Shown here piece by piece: positions 27,915 to 38,000 of a stretch of DNA of 64,000 nucleotides. A program made the translations under genes and the position numbers. Numbering within the stretch: the stretch's first letter is position 1; each line of letters begins with the position of its first letter. A model generated the notes under the pieces. The model ran no database searches. It saw nothing but the letters and a program-made list of their open reading frames with translations, and was not told the DNA's origin. Origin of the DNA: Limisphaerales bacterium (GTDB taxonomy: Bacteria > Verrucomicrobiota > Verrucomicrobiia > Limisphaerales > SIBE01); assembly GCA_044225505.1 (NCBI GenBank), contig JBGAIN010000004.1, positions 81,689-145,688 on the forward strand. The letters run 5' to 3'.

Positions 27915-29093
27915 TCAACTGACGACAGGCCACTTGAAGGTGGACGTCAGCGGAATGCGCTTGCCATTGGCGGACGATTCCCGGGCCGCGGTGATGATTT
28001 CCAGCACATGAAGCGCCTGTTCTGGGGTAACGAGAAGTTCCTTGCCCGTGGCCAGGCATTCTGCAGCCAGGGCCGCGCCTTGTTGCCAGATATAGCCCTT
28101 CGCGTCGGTCACGTGGCGCTTGAGAGTGGGAGAATCCTTGGTCGCCAGATCCACCCCGAGCGGCGCCCAATCATAGCCAACCAAGCCCATAAAGCCGTGC
28201 GAACCGACGATACTAATGGTGTGGCGTGTTTCCTTGCTGCCATCGTGCCCATTGGGATTGAAATAGTTAAAACCGGACTGGACGTGGGAAATGACGCCGT
28301 GATTATGCTCCATCAGCACCATAGCGTTGTCTTCCTCCGTCACCTGGATGCGGCCCTTGTCCTGGACCGTGCGCTCTGGCGTGACGATGCTCAACATCGC
28401 GGTCACGCTTTTCACCGGACCGAGCAGGCCGGTGAGCGACGTAAGGTTGTAGACCGCCAAATCTGGCATGGAGCCTCCGAGCTTTTCGTAGAAAAAGGCC
28501 GACCAATCCGGTCCTTCATGCCCGTAATCCGCATGGGCTGCCGCCACGCGCCCGAGCTTCCCAGCCGCCAATTGTTGAGCCATGAACGCAAACTGAGGAC
28601 TCTGCACTGTAATGGGTGCGCCCCAGAGCCGCACGCCTTTGGATCGCGCCAGGCGCAGCAACTCCTGCCCAGCCGCCAACGTGTTGGCGATGGGCTTCTC
28701 GCTCCACACATGCTTTCCAGCTTCGAGCGCGCGGCGATTGATCCCTTCGTGCTGTTGCATGTCTGTGGTATCAATCAAGAACTCGAATGGTTCCCCCGCC
28801 AGCATCGCGTCGATATTGGGATACTGCGCGGCGATTTTGAACCGATCCCCTTGCCGCTTGGCGCGCTCCGGCTTGATATCGCAGACGCTCACCATCTCGA
28901 CGAAGGGACATTTCGTCAGGACAGGAAGGTAGGCATTGGACACGCTCCCGCAGCCAATCAGCCCCGTCCGGATGCGACGGCCGGAAGAATCCGCACCGAA
29001 GGCCTGGACCGCGCCGGAAGCGACGGCCGCACCGGCTAGCAGGGTGGATTTCGCGAACTCACGACGGTTCATTGGAGTCAAAGGAGTCTTCAT
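27915..29093 (-). CDS. Tat-exported Gfo/Idh/MocA oxidoreductase
   Basis: NRREF Tat motif, GLIGCGSVS Rossmann motif, GKHVWSEKP, GGSMPDLAVY. Confidence 0.9.
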   Translation of the reverse strand: MKTPLTPMNRREFAKSTLLAGAAVASGAVQAFGADSSGRRIRTGLIGCGSVSNAYLPVLTKCPFVEMVSVCDIKPERAKRQGDRFKIAAQYPNIDAMLAGEPFEFLIDTTDMQQHEGINRRALEAGKHVWSEKPIANTLAAGQELLRLARSKGVRLWGAPITVQSPQFAFMAQQLAAGKLGRVAAAHADYGHEGPDWSAFFYEKLGGSMPDLAVYNLTSLTGLLGPVKSVTAMLSIVTPERTVQDKGRIQVTEEDNAMVLMEHNHGVISHVQSGFNYFNPNGHDGSKETRHTISIVGSHGFMGLVGYDWAPLGVDLATKDSPTLKRHVTDAKGYIWQQGAALAAECLATGKELLVTPEQALHVLEIITAARESSANGKRIPLTSTFKWPVVS

Positions 29094-29254
29094 TTGGTAT
29101 GGTTCAGTTGTAACGGATAATGCTGGCCTCTGCCAAGCGCCATGCTGACGCATTTGGCATCGGCGCCCTATCATTCTGACTTGAACAACACGGACCGGAT
29201 CCAGGCGCTCACCTCACCCGGAGGCAAGGCCCGGAAATGCTACCCCCGATTCGC

Positions 29255-30217
29255 TCAGGCGTGCGCCTCACGACCTGGCCCACGTCCCACTCCGGACGCC
29301 AAGGCACGGATGTACGCGGCGTTACACCCGCAACAGCCGCCCAAATACCCAACCCCTTCCTCGCGCGCGCGTCGGCCAAACTCGGCAAAGGCGCTGCGCG
29401 AGACTTGAATCGTCTCGAGGTCATCAGGAAACGCTGGCAATCGCGTGAAGGAATGGCACGCATCGGTCGTGCGAAAGGCCGCAGGTTGAGCGGCCAGGGG
29501 AAGCTGCGTGGCAGAACGCATCTCCCGGAGCAAGGGTAACATACGTTCCGGATCCTGCTCGCAGTTCGCTCCTACGGCCAAGGCCCCGAGGTCGCTCATC
29601 ACTTTCGCGCATTCCGCCGGCGTAAACCCGTCACTGCACTTGGCAATGAGCGGGCGAAAGCTCATGGTGGCGACCGCTGGCACTCCCGCCTGAGCTGCAC
29701 ATGCCAAAGCGACTTTCATCTCGGCCAGATGGAAGAACGTCTCCAGAATCAGGAAATCCACCCCCGCATCTTTCAACAACCGAATCTGCTCGGCGATATG
29801 CTCGCGCGACTTGTCGAGCGACGCCATTCCTTCGCGTTCTGTCAATTGCGTGCGCGAAACACTGCCCGCAACGAGCGCTGCATCTCCCGCAACCTCTTTA
29901 GCCAGCTTCACGGCGGCGTGGTTTATTTTCTCCGTGTCGGCGCCGTAGCCAGCGCGATTGAGTTTTTCCCGCGTTCCGAAAAAGGTGAGCGCTTGCAGCA
30001 CCTGAGATCCAGCCCCCAGGAATTCGCGATGCAACTCGCGGAGAGCCTCGGGATGTTCAATGGCCACCTCAGGTGTGAATTGGCCGCTGCCCCGGCCAGT
30101 GCCGACCTTCTCGCGACCCGACCCGCTGTCGACGTAGCCGCGGCGTTCCAATTCAATGAGATACCCACCGTCGCCCAGGACCACGCCCGAGCGGAGGAGT
30201 TCATGGATGCTTTTCAT
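29255..30217 (-). CDS. Zn-dependent homocysteine S-methyltransferase, BHMT-like
   Basis: GDGGYL, FTPEVAIEHPEALRELHREF..AGS, LILETF, GANC, GGCCG (three Zn-binding Cys). Confidence 0.88.
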   Translation of the reverse strand: MKSIHELLRSGVVLGDGGYLIELERRGYVDSGSGREKVGTGRGSGQFTPEVAIEHPEALRELHREFLGAGSQVLQALTFFGTREKLNRAGYGADTEKINHAAVKLAKEVAGDAALVAGSVSRTQLTEREGMASLDKSREHIAEQIRLLKDAGVDFLILETFFHLAEMKVALACAAQAGVPAVATMSFRPLIAKCSDGFTPAECAKVMSDLGALAVGANCEQDPERMLPLLREMRSATQLPLAAQPAAFRTTDACHSFTRLPAFPDDLETIQVSRSAFAEFGRRAREEGVGYLGGCCGCNAAYIRALASGVGRGPGREAHA

Positions 30218-30242
30218 ATGATTTAAATCTCGTTTGGGGCCT

Positions 30243-31106
30243 TTATGACGGCGCGGGCGCTCGTTCAAATGAGAGCGCCGCGACCGACGCCAGGGCACAC
30301 ACGATGCCCGCTAATTCCCGGCCCCCGACACTCTCTCCGAGGGCAAACGCTGTCGCGATGCTGATGACCGGAAACAAATTTACCAACGGCGCGATCACCG
30401 CCGCTTTTCCCTGCCGCCCGTAGGCCTCTAGAACAGCAAAATTCCCAAAGGCCAGGAAAAAGCCCAAAGCCACCACCAGGCCCCAAGTGCGCCCCGGAAT
30501 CGAAGCAGGCCAGGCTTGGCTTGCGCCATAGTAAACGCCCATCGGAATGAAGGCTCCCAAGTAGAGGAGAGCCGCGGCCGGCGCCGATATGTAGTTGGTC
30601 GCGACCTTCTGCAAGAAGCCGGAGAAGCCCCATAACGCGATGGGCAACAACGCCACGACAACAGTCGGCGAGAGGAGTCCGGCATTGTCGGAAACGTTGA
30701 AAAGCCAGATCGCAAAGCCGGCGAAAGCCAAACCGAGCCCCTGGATCCCATTTAATCGCTCCCGCAAGCATATCACAGCGAGCAGGACGGTTACCAAGGG
30801 CGCCAAAGCCACGAGCGAGAGCACGGTGGCAAACTTCTCCCCACGCGCGACCGCGCCGTAGTAAGGAATGTTCCCCAAACAAGAGACCACACCGCCCGCC
30901 AGGGCCAGGAGCAATCCCTTTCTTGAAGCATTGGGAAGCTCCTTTCCCGCGGACCAGGCCAACGGCATGACGATCGGGAGGAATCCCAGCGTCGAGATGG
31001 CCTGGCTCAGCTCTGCGGACAGCGTATTGCCCAGAAACTTGCACAGGACAGCCCAAACGCCCCAGGAGACCAGGGCAACAAATGCCCATGTCAGCCACGC
31101 AGGCAT
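30243..31106 (-). CDS. EamA/DMT-family transporter
   Basis: About ten TM segments in two EamA repeats (SWGVWA / LWGFSG, LAPLVTVLLAVICLRERL, LGESV). Confidence 0.88.
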   Translation of the reverse strand: MPAWLTWAFVALVSWGVWAVLCKFLGNTLSAELSQAISTLGFLPIVMPLAWSAGKELPNASRKGLLLALAGGVVSCLGNIPYYGAVARGEKFATVLSLVALAPLVTVLLAVICLRERLNGIQGLGLAFAGFAIWLFNVSDNAGLLSPTVVVALLPIALWGFSGFLQKVATNYISAPAAALLYLGAFIPMGVYYGASQAWPASIPGRTWGLVVALGFFLAFGNFAVLEAYGRQGKAAVIAPLVNLFPVISIATAFALGESVGGRELAGIVCALASVAALSFERAPAPS

Positions 31107-31160
31107 GGAATGATTCTCTGGGGTGGACGGGATTTCATGAGGAATATCAAAGACATTTCC

Positions 31161-31190
31161 TGTTGCACTTGCAACATCATTTCCTACTCT
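31161..31190. promoter_or_regulatory. Palindromic operator overlapping a probable sigma-70 promoter of the RpiR gene
   Basis: TGTTGCA-CT-TGCAACA (31161-31176). TTGCAC (31163-31168)-N16-TACTCT (31185-31190) ends 6 nt before GTG at 31197. Confidence 0.6.
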
Positions 31191-31196
31191 TGTTGC

Positions 31197-31925
31197 GTGC
31201 GCGTTAAACAATTGCTCCAAACGCGGCTGCGCAACATGCGGCGCGCGGAAGCGGAAGTTGCGCGCAAGCTGCTTCGGGATTTGCGCCGGGTCGCAGAATG
31301 CAGTCTGCGAGAAGTGGCCCGCCACCTCGAGACAAGCGATGCCACGGTCATGCGCGCGTGCCGGGCGGCAGGCTTCGACGGGTTTCAAGACCTCAAATAT
31401 CACGTCCTGCGCGAGTTCACCTCTCGCACCACCCCGGGCAAATCCGCGAATGACAGCACGTATAGTGCGGACCTGGCCGCGAGTTTGGAATCGGCTTCCC
31501 CTGCCATCGACGAAGCCGCGCAAGCCCTCGAAAGTGCTCGGCGCGTTGCGTTGGTGGGACTGGGAGCGTCCCAGGGAGTGGCGATGATCGCTTTGGATAT
31601 CCTGTTTACTCTCGGACGCCAGGCACTCCTCATTCAGAACGAACAGATGAGCGCCTACGCTTTTACGCCACCCGCACAGGAGCTGGTGCTGCTAGCGCTC
31701 TCCCACTCGGGCGAGACTCGTTTTCCCGTTTGGGTGGTTAAAGAAGCCCGGGCCGCAGGCGTCCGATCGATCGCCCTTACCAATGAGCCGGGCAGTGAAC
31801 TGGCCCGGGCAGCCGATATCGTCCTGCTTACCCAGGCTGTGGAACCCGCGCGGGGCAGTTACGCCATTGCTCCCAGGATCTGTCAACTCGCGGTCCTGGA
31901 TCGGCTTTTTAGCGCTTTGCGCTGA
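31197..31925 (+). CDS. MurR/RpiR-family transcriptional regulator (HTH + SIS)
   Basis: SLREVARHLETSDATVMRACRAAGFDGFQDLK HTH, plus SIS motifs GLGAS, LSHSGET, LTNEPGSELARAADIVL. Confidence 0.9.
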   Translation: MRVKQLLQTRLRNMRRAEAEVARKLLRDLRRVAECSLREVARHLETSDATVMRACRAAGFDGFQDLKYHVLREFTSRTTPGKSANDSTYSADLAASLESASPAIDEAAQALESARRVALVGLGASQGVAMIALDILFTLGRQALLIQNEQMSAYAFTPPAQELVLLALSHSGETRFPVWVVKEARAAGVRSIALTNEPGSELARAADIVLLTQAVEPARGSYAIAPRICQLAVLDRLFSALR

Positions 31926-32045
31926 GCGAACGCGGCCGCGCACTGACACAGCCCCGTCTCGACCGGGACACTCCGCCCGAGATCGTCGACCTGTTGAACC
32001 CAGGTTGACACAGGGACGATCTGTTCAGGTCGAGCGCGACCAAGG

Positions 32046-32393
32046 TCAACTCGCGGGAACGGATGGGACCGAGCGCAGCGCCGCGAGCTTGGCATTGACC
32101 AGTTTCTTGCTCACTACCCCGATTGTCTGGTCACGTACTGCCCCTTCTTTGAAATAAAGCAGGGTGGGAATGCTTTGGATGTTGAAGCGCGCTGCGAGGC
32201 CGGGATTTTCATCAATGTTGACCTTCATCACCGCGGCCTGGCCTTGTTGTTCGCGGGCGATTTCTTCCAGCACCGGGGCAAGCATTTTGCACGGACCGCA
32301 CCACTCTGCCCAAAAGTCCACTATCACAGGCGTCGAAGCTTCGAGCACCTCGCGATCAAAGTTGGTTTCATTAAGTTCAAGGGTCGATTTCAT
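32046..32393 (-). CDS. trxA: Thioredoxin
   Basis: VDFWAEWCGPCKM, KVNIDEN, IQSIPTL. Confidence 0.92.
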   Translation of the reverse strand: MKSTLELNETNFDREVLEASTPVIVDFWAEWCGPCKMLAPVLEEIAREQQGQAAVMKVNIDENPGLAARFNIQSIPTLLYFKEGAVRDQTIGVVSKKLVNAKLAALRSVPSVPAS

Positions 32394-32521
32394 AGTCTTT
32401 CCATCAGGTTTCAGGTTACTTGGGTCTAGGTTGAACTGGCCGAGGCGAGGGAGCCGCGTTACGACATCTTTAGGCTCGTCATTTCCACACGCTTCTTTCC
32501 GCATCGAGAACGTTCCGCGCG

Positions 32522-33277
32522 TTAACGAAGGCCTCCGGTAATAAGGAACGTTTCTCCGGTAATCCACGCGGAATCCGCTGACGCGAGGAACGCCGCGGCT
32601 GGCGCAATATCTTGCACCTGGCCAATGCGGCCGAGGGGCGTTTGGGACTCGAGCTGCTTTCGGAAATCACTCTCATGCAAACCGGCCGAACGGACGCCTT
32701 CAGTGACGACCATGCCCGGATTGATGGCATTGACCCGAATCTGCTTAGGACCCAGTTCTTTCGCGAGAGTCCCAGTGACGGCATCCACCGCTCCTTTGGT
32801 TGCGCTATAGACGGAGGTATTCGGCGGCGTCAGCGTGCTGGCGCTGGAACTGATATTAATAACACTGCCGCCCGAATCGCTAAAATGCTTCACCGCTTCC
32901 TGTGTGGTCAGCAACAACCCAAGCACGTTCAAATTGAACTGCCGATGGAAATGCTCTTCCGTAATTTCCTCCAGCGGTGCAAACTCGTAGATACCGGCGT
33001 TGTTCACAAGCACATCGAGACGCCCAAACGCTCGCTTCGTTTCTTGAAAAAGGCGCACGATGTCCGCCTTCCGGGCCACGTCCGCCTGAACCGCAATGGC
33101 CCGGCCCCCTCCCTTCGTAATGGCCTGGACCACCTCTTCGGCGTTGGCCTGGCTCGACGCGTAATTCACCACGACGGCGGCGCCTTCGGCCGCCAACTCT
33201 TTCGCTATCGCAGCGCCAATGCCTTTAGAAGCTCCCGTGACTACAGCCACCTTGCCAATCAGTCTTTTCGCACTCAT
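32522..33277 (-). CDS. Classical SDR oxidoreductase (glucose 1-dehydrogenase/FabG-like)
   Basis: TGASKGIG, NNAG, YSATK, RVNAINPG. AAGGA RBS precedes the second ATG. Confidence 0.92.
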   Translation of the reverse strand: MSAKRLIGKVAVVTGASKGIGAAIAKELAAEGAAVVVNYASSQANAEEVVQAITKGGGRAIAVQADVARKADIVRLFQETKRAFGRLDVLVNNAGIYEFAPLEEITEEHFHRQFNLNVLGLLLTTQEAVKHFSDSGGSVINISSSASTLTPPNTSVYSATKGAVDAVTGTLAKELGPKQIRVNAINPGMVVTEGVRSAGLHESDFRKQLESQTPLGRIGQVQDIAPAAAFLASADSAWITGETFLITGGLR

Positions 33278-33323
33278 CGTCATCCTTTGTCTTCAAGTTT
33301 ATTTTATCAACGCCAGGAGTGAC

Positions 33324-33340
33324 TGCTCGCGCCGTGCCAA
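33324..33340 (-). promoter_or_regulatory. Sigma-54 promoter of the SDR(-trxA) unit
   Basis: Minus strand reads TTGGCACGGCGCGAGCA (TGGCACG, GG-N10-GC), divergent from a sigma-54 activator gene. Confidence 0.75.
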
Positions 33341-33433
33341 CGCATCCTGCTCCACGTCGGATTGCAGCGAAGTCGCTCTCCATTCGGGACTTGGATGAAC
33401 GAATAGTCCGTCTATCACGGTGCGGAGCTCGTG

Positions 33434-33476
33434 ACGCATTTGCGTTATCCACCACCGATGCGTTGCTCGCAACGCA
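33434..33476. promoter_or_regulatory. Candidate upstream activator sites for the sigma-54 activator
   Basis: ACGCA-TT-TGCGT (33434-33445) and TGCGTTGC-TC-GCAACGCA (33459-33476), ~95-135 bp upstream of the -24 box. Confidence 0.55.
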
Positions 33477-33518
33477 ACCGAGTTGTGCGGAGGCTCCTTC
33501 AAGGCTATTGGTATCGCC

Positions 33519-35018
33519 ATGAATTCGTCCACTGTGGCGCGCTCTGAAATTCCTCCAGCACTTGATCCAGGGGATCCCGCCGCCCTGCTCGCCAAGACGC
33601 ACGATCCCAGCCGGCGCCTCCATGAGCACGAGGAGTTTTACCGGTGGTTTATGGATAGTCTGGGCGAAGGTGTCATCGTCACGGATCGTGAAAGCCGCAT
33701 CCTCTACGCCAATTCGAGCGCCGAATGCCTCACGGGCCGGTCCCGATTGGAACTGCTCGGGGCCATCAGTCACGAACTACTCACGCCGAAAGAGGAATGG
33801 CCTGCGATGCGACGCCGGCTCAAAGAACGCCTGGCTGGCAAAGAGGATCGTTACGACTATGAACAGATCCGCAAAGATGGGACGCGTCACTGGGTCTCGG
33901 TCCGCGCCCTGCCCTATCGCAACGGACGTGACGAAATTGTCGGCACGATCGGTTTGATTTCCTGCATTAAAGAACGGAAGACGCTGGAGTTTGAGAACGA
34001 GTATTTGCAAGAGGAACTGCGAGGCAATTACCGTGCTATCTTGGGAGAAAGCCCCGCCCTGCAGAAAGTGCTCGCTCAGATCGAGATGGTCGCCCCCACC
34101 AACGCGAGCGTTTTGATCCTGGGTGAGTCAGGCACGGGCAAGGAACTGGTGGCCCGCGCGATCCACGATCGCAGCCCACGCAAGGAAGGAGCCTTGGTGC
34201 GAGTCAACTGCGCATCGATTCCGCGTGAGTTGTTCGAAAGTGAGTTTTTCGGACACGTTCGGGGAGCTTTTACCGGGGCCGTCAAAGATCGTGTTGGACG
34301 ATTTGAATTGGCCGACCACGGCACGCTCTTTCTGGATGAGATTGGTGAAGTGCCGCTCGAATTGCAAAGCAAGCTCCTCCGGGTGTTGCAGGAAGGCCAG
34401 TTTGAGAAACTTGGGGAAGACCGCACACGGGCGGTCGATGTCCGCATTGTCGCTGCCACCAATCGCGATCTGGAAGCGGAACTCAAAACCGGCCGGTTTC
34501 GCCAGGACCTATTCTATCGCCTGAGCGTCTTTCCCATCGAACTTCCGCCGCTCCGCGACCGTCTGTCCGACATTCCCGGGCTCGCGGATCATTTTCTGAA
34601 ATCGTCCGCGCGAAAACTGGGTGTCACCCCACCCCGCTTGACGGCCGCCCATCTGAAGGAACTTCAAGCTTACGATTGGCCTGGCAATGTGCGGGAGTTA
34701 CAGAACGTCATCGAACGCGCGGTGATCCGGTCCCGTCAGGGCGCCCTCGAATTCGGTCTCGCTCGAACGCGTCCCTCCGCGCGCGTCACCGAAGCGGGTG
34801 TTTCATTGGCGCCGGCTTCCTTGGACCAACTCAAATCGCAGGAGCGCACCTTAATCCTGGAGGCGTTGCAGAAGACGCGCGGCAAGATTTACGGGCCTGA
34901 TGGCGCTGCCGCGTTGCTGGGACTAAAGCCGACCACGCTCTCGTCGCGCGTGCATCGGCTGGGTCTGAAAAAGCTTCCCGTGGCAGGCGCTTCTGGAGCG
35001 CCCGAACGCAGCGGGTAA
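33519..35018 (+). CDS. PAS-domain sigma-54-dependent activator (FhlA-like bEBP)
   Basis: N-terminal [38 protein letters not shown], and a C-terminal Fis HTH ([13 protein letters not shown]). Confidence 0.93.
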   Translation: MNSSTVARSEIPPALDPGDPAALLAKTHDPSRRLHEHEEFYRWFMDSLGEGVIVTDRESRILYANSSAECLTGRSRLELLGAISHELLTPKEEWPAMRRRLKERLAGKEDRYDYEQIRKDGTRHWVSVRALPYRNGRDEIVGTIGLISCIKERKTLEFENEYLQEELRGNYRAILGESPALQKVLAQIEMVAPTNASVLILGESGTGKELVARAIHDRSPRKEGALVRVNCASIPRELFESEFFGHVRGAFTGAVKDRVGRFELADHGTLFLDEIGEVPLELQSKLLRVLQEGQFEKLGEDRTRAVDVRIVAATNRDLEAELKTGRFRQDLFYRLSVFPIELPPLRDRLSDIPGLADHFLKSSARKLGVTPPRLTAAHLKELQAYDWPGNVRELQNVIERAVIRSRQGALEFGLARTRPSARVTEAGVSLAPASLDQLKSQERTLILEALQKTRGKIYGPDGAAALLGLKPTTLSSRVHRLGLKKLPVAGASGAPERSG

Positions 35019-35093
35019 CGCTCGGATGCCGCTTCGGAACCGGGCGGTTTTGGCCCCTTCATACCGCTCGTTAGCGAGCCGCACTCCTCGAGC

Positions 35094-38000
35094 TTAAGGA
35101 AGCGACGGGCGGCCTGCCCGCGGCTTTGGAGTGGCCGAAAAGTCCCTCGCCCAAGTGGCAGAGAAGCCCGTTCCCGGAATGGACGCGAGTCGCTGACGGA
35201 GTTCCCACAGTGCTTCCGTCGACACGATCTGAATGGTTCCATCTTCCAATCGTCGCCGCCCCGCAAGTGCTTCAGCCAATTCAGCCAGCCACTCCGGCGC
35301 GGGTCCTGACGCCGCCCGGAATTCGGTCAGCGCAACGTTGCCGGTCTGATCAGCGGTGACAAGCCATTGCCGATTCTGGCTCATGTCCGCCGCGGTCAAG
35401 GGCGTGGCTTGGCGCGCAAGGTCGTTTACCGGCAGCCCAGTAGCGGAGTCGCAGACACGAACCCAGCCGCTGCGAGCGACGACCACAACTCGATCACCCG
35501 AGGGGTCAAAGTGGACCATCAGCACCGCGGCTGGCACTTCCAGCGAATCGACTAAAGCTCGCCCCGTCGACGTGTCCCAGATAAACAAGGTTCGGTCTCC
35601 GACCAAGGTCAGCAATCGCTTTCCGTCCGGACTGAATTCGTCGTAGGTCAACTCACCCGGGTGGGGCAGGACGGGGGTTTTGAGCACACCTTTGCGATAA
35701 TCCCATAGTCGCGCGCCGTTATCCGCGGCGATCGTCAGCAATGTCTTTCCTTCCGGGGCAAATGACACTTTGCGGATGGTTTGAGGATGGGGGAATGGAC
35801 CCGCTTGAACGGTCGGGTTTGTAGCCTGCCACACCACGACCTCGCCGGTGGTTGAACCTCCCGCGATGAGGGTTCCATCGGGACTGAACGCGGTTGACAA
35901 ATCGTGGCTCAGAAGCGCTGCAGGGCACCGGTCAAAAGTGCCTTTAGCCAGGTTCCAGACAAACGTTTCCCCGTGGTAATAGCCAACAGCCAAACGATTG
36001 CCGTCGGGACTAAAAGCGCGGGAGTGAATGAGATGACCTTCCAAGAATGGGAGAGGCGGCCCGGCGGGCTGGCCGGTCTCGGATTCAAACGCCCGCAGCG
36101 TGGTGTCATTGAGCATCACCACAAAGCGCGCGCCGTCCGGAGAGAAAATTGGCGGCAACGCATCATTTCCCATCCCAATCGGTTCGCCCAGCGGCCTGGC
36201 GGTTTCGCCGCTCCACAGCTCGACCTGGTTCTCGGAATCCCGGGTTAAAGCATGGCGGCCGTTCGGGCTGAACCACGCAGCCACCAACCGATGAGGCCAT
36301 CTTTCCAGAAGGGTTCGAACCGTCGCTCCTCGTCCGTCCAGGATCTGGAGACGATTCGTGGCGGTCACGGCTATTCGACGCGCCCCAGTATTATCTACTC
36401 CCACGGCAATGACAGGTGGTTCCACCTCAAAACGAGGGTCCGGCCGGCGGAAGACCGACGAAGGCGTTTCCCAGCGATGAATGTGATGATCTTTGGTCAC
36501 GGTGATCAGGGCTCGGCCTTGCTCGGTGAATTGCGCTTGCAGGACCGGTGTCTCATGCCGCAGTGGTTCTCCGATGGGCCGGCCCGATTCCGCATCCCAG
36601 TATTGCACGGTGCCATCCGCGGCGGCGGTTGCGATCTGCGCGCTGTCTGGGCTGTAACGAGCGCACCAGACGACGCCGTTGTGCCGCATGGGAGCGCCCA
36701 GCGATTTGCCAGTCCTGAGGTTGAAAACCACCGCGGTATGGTCTTCGGACGCCGTGACAAACCGATCGGCGTCGGAGCTAAACTCCACCCAAACTGCGCT
36801 CTTGGCATGTCGGATCTCTCCAAGCTTTTCCCCGGTCAGAGCATTCCAAGCTCGGACACACCCTCCATAATCGGCCGCGGCCAATCGATTTCCGTCCGAC
36901 GAGAACGCGACCTGATGCACGCCTCCCTCCGTGCCCAACGGGGGCAAGATCGCGTGCCCGGTCTCGGAATCGCGAATCTCCAACACGCGGGCGGTCGAAA
37001 CCGCGACGACCCTCCGTCCATCCCTGGAAAAGACGCCGCGCCAGATGTAGCTATTGGAACGTAAGGTGGGGAACACTCGGCGTCCGGTATCGATCTCCCA
37101 AAGATCCATTCCGTAGATGTCTTTTTTGGCGGTATCGTAACCGCTCCAGGCGACCAGCAGACGCGAGCCGTCCGGTGAAAAACTCAAACCGACGGCGTTT
37201 CCCGGGTGCCGCAGCACAGCGGACGTCTCACGTCCCGTGGCAACGTCCCAGATGTGGACTTCGCCCGCGGTCGTTCCAGCGGCAGCGCGAGATCCGTCCG
37301 GACTCAAAGCGACGCTGTAAAAGGCGTTCGAGCTTCGGATCGGCAGCCCCACCGGTTGACGGAGTCCCAGATTGAGAACGCGGGCCACGCCATCGTAGCC
37401 AGCAACCCCGACCAAATCGCCGCGGGCGGAAAACGTGGTATTGTTAACTTTGTCGCCCAGGGCCAACCGCGCCGCCTTTGGGAGGAAGAATGTCCGGCGG
37501 TCCAATAGGGAGAGGGTCCGTTCCGTTGCCACTCGGTTGGACGGGCTGGCTCGGAGCTCGAGCCCCAGCAGCGTCAATGCGCTGGCGGTCTGATCTTCGC
37601 CCAGCATTTCCTCAACGCGCTCCATCCGAAGGCGGCTGACCGATTCCAGCAATCGGCCCTTCGCCTCTTGTGCTGCAGTATTGGCCGCCGCCGTGACGCG
37701 CAGCGCCTCGGTCGCAAGGCGCCATTGCCAACTCACACCCGCGATTCCAACTCCCAAGCTGAGAATGAGTCCGATCCAAAGCGCGGCCAGGAGCGGACGC
37801 CTCCGGCACCAGCGCCACGCGATGCGCCATCGGCTTACCGGCCGCGCGTGGACGCGTTCGGACCGGAGGTATCGGTCCAAGTCATTGGCCAACTCCTGCG
37901 CCGTGGCGTAGCGACGTTGCGGGTTTTTCTCCATGCATTGGAGACAGACTGCTTCCAGGGCTGGAGGCACACGGGAATTAAAACGTGTTGGTAACACCGG

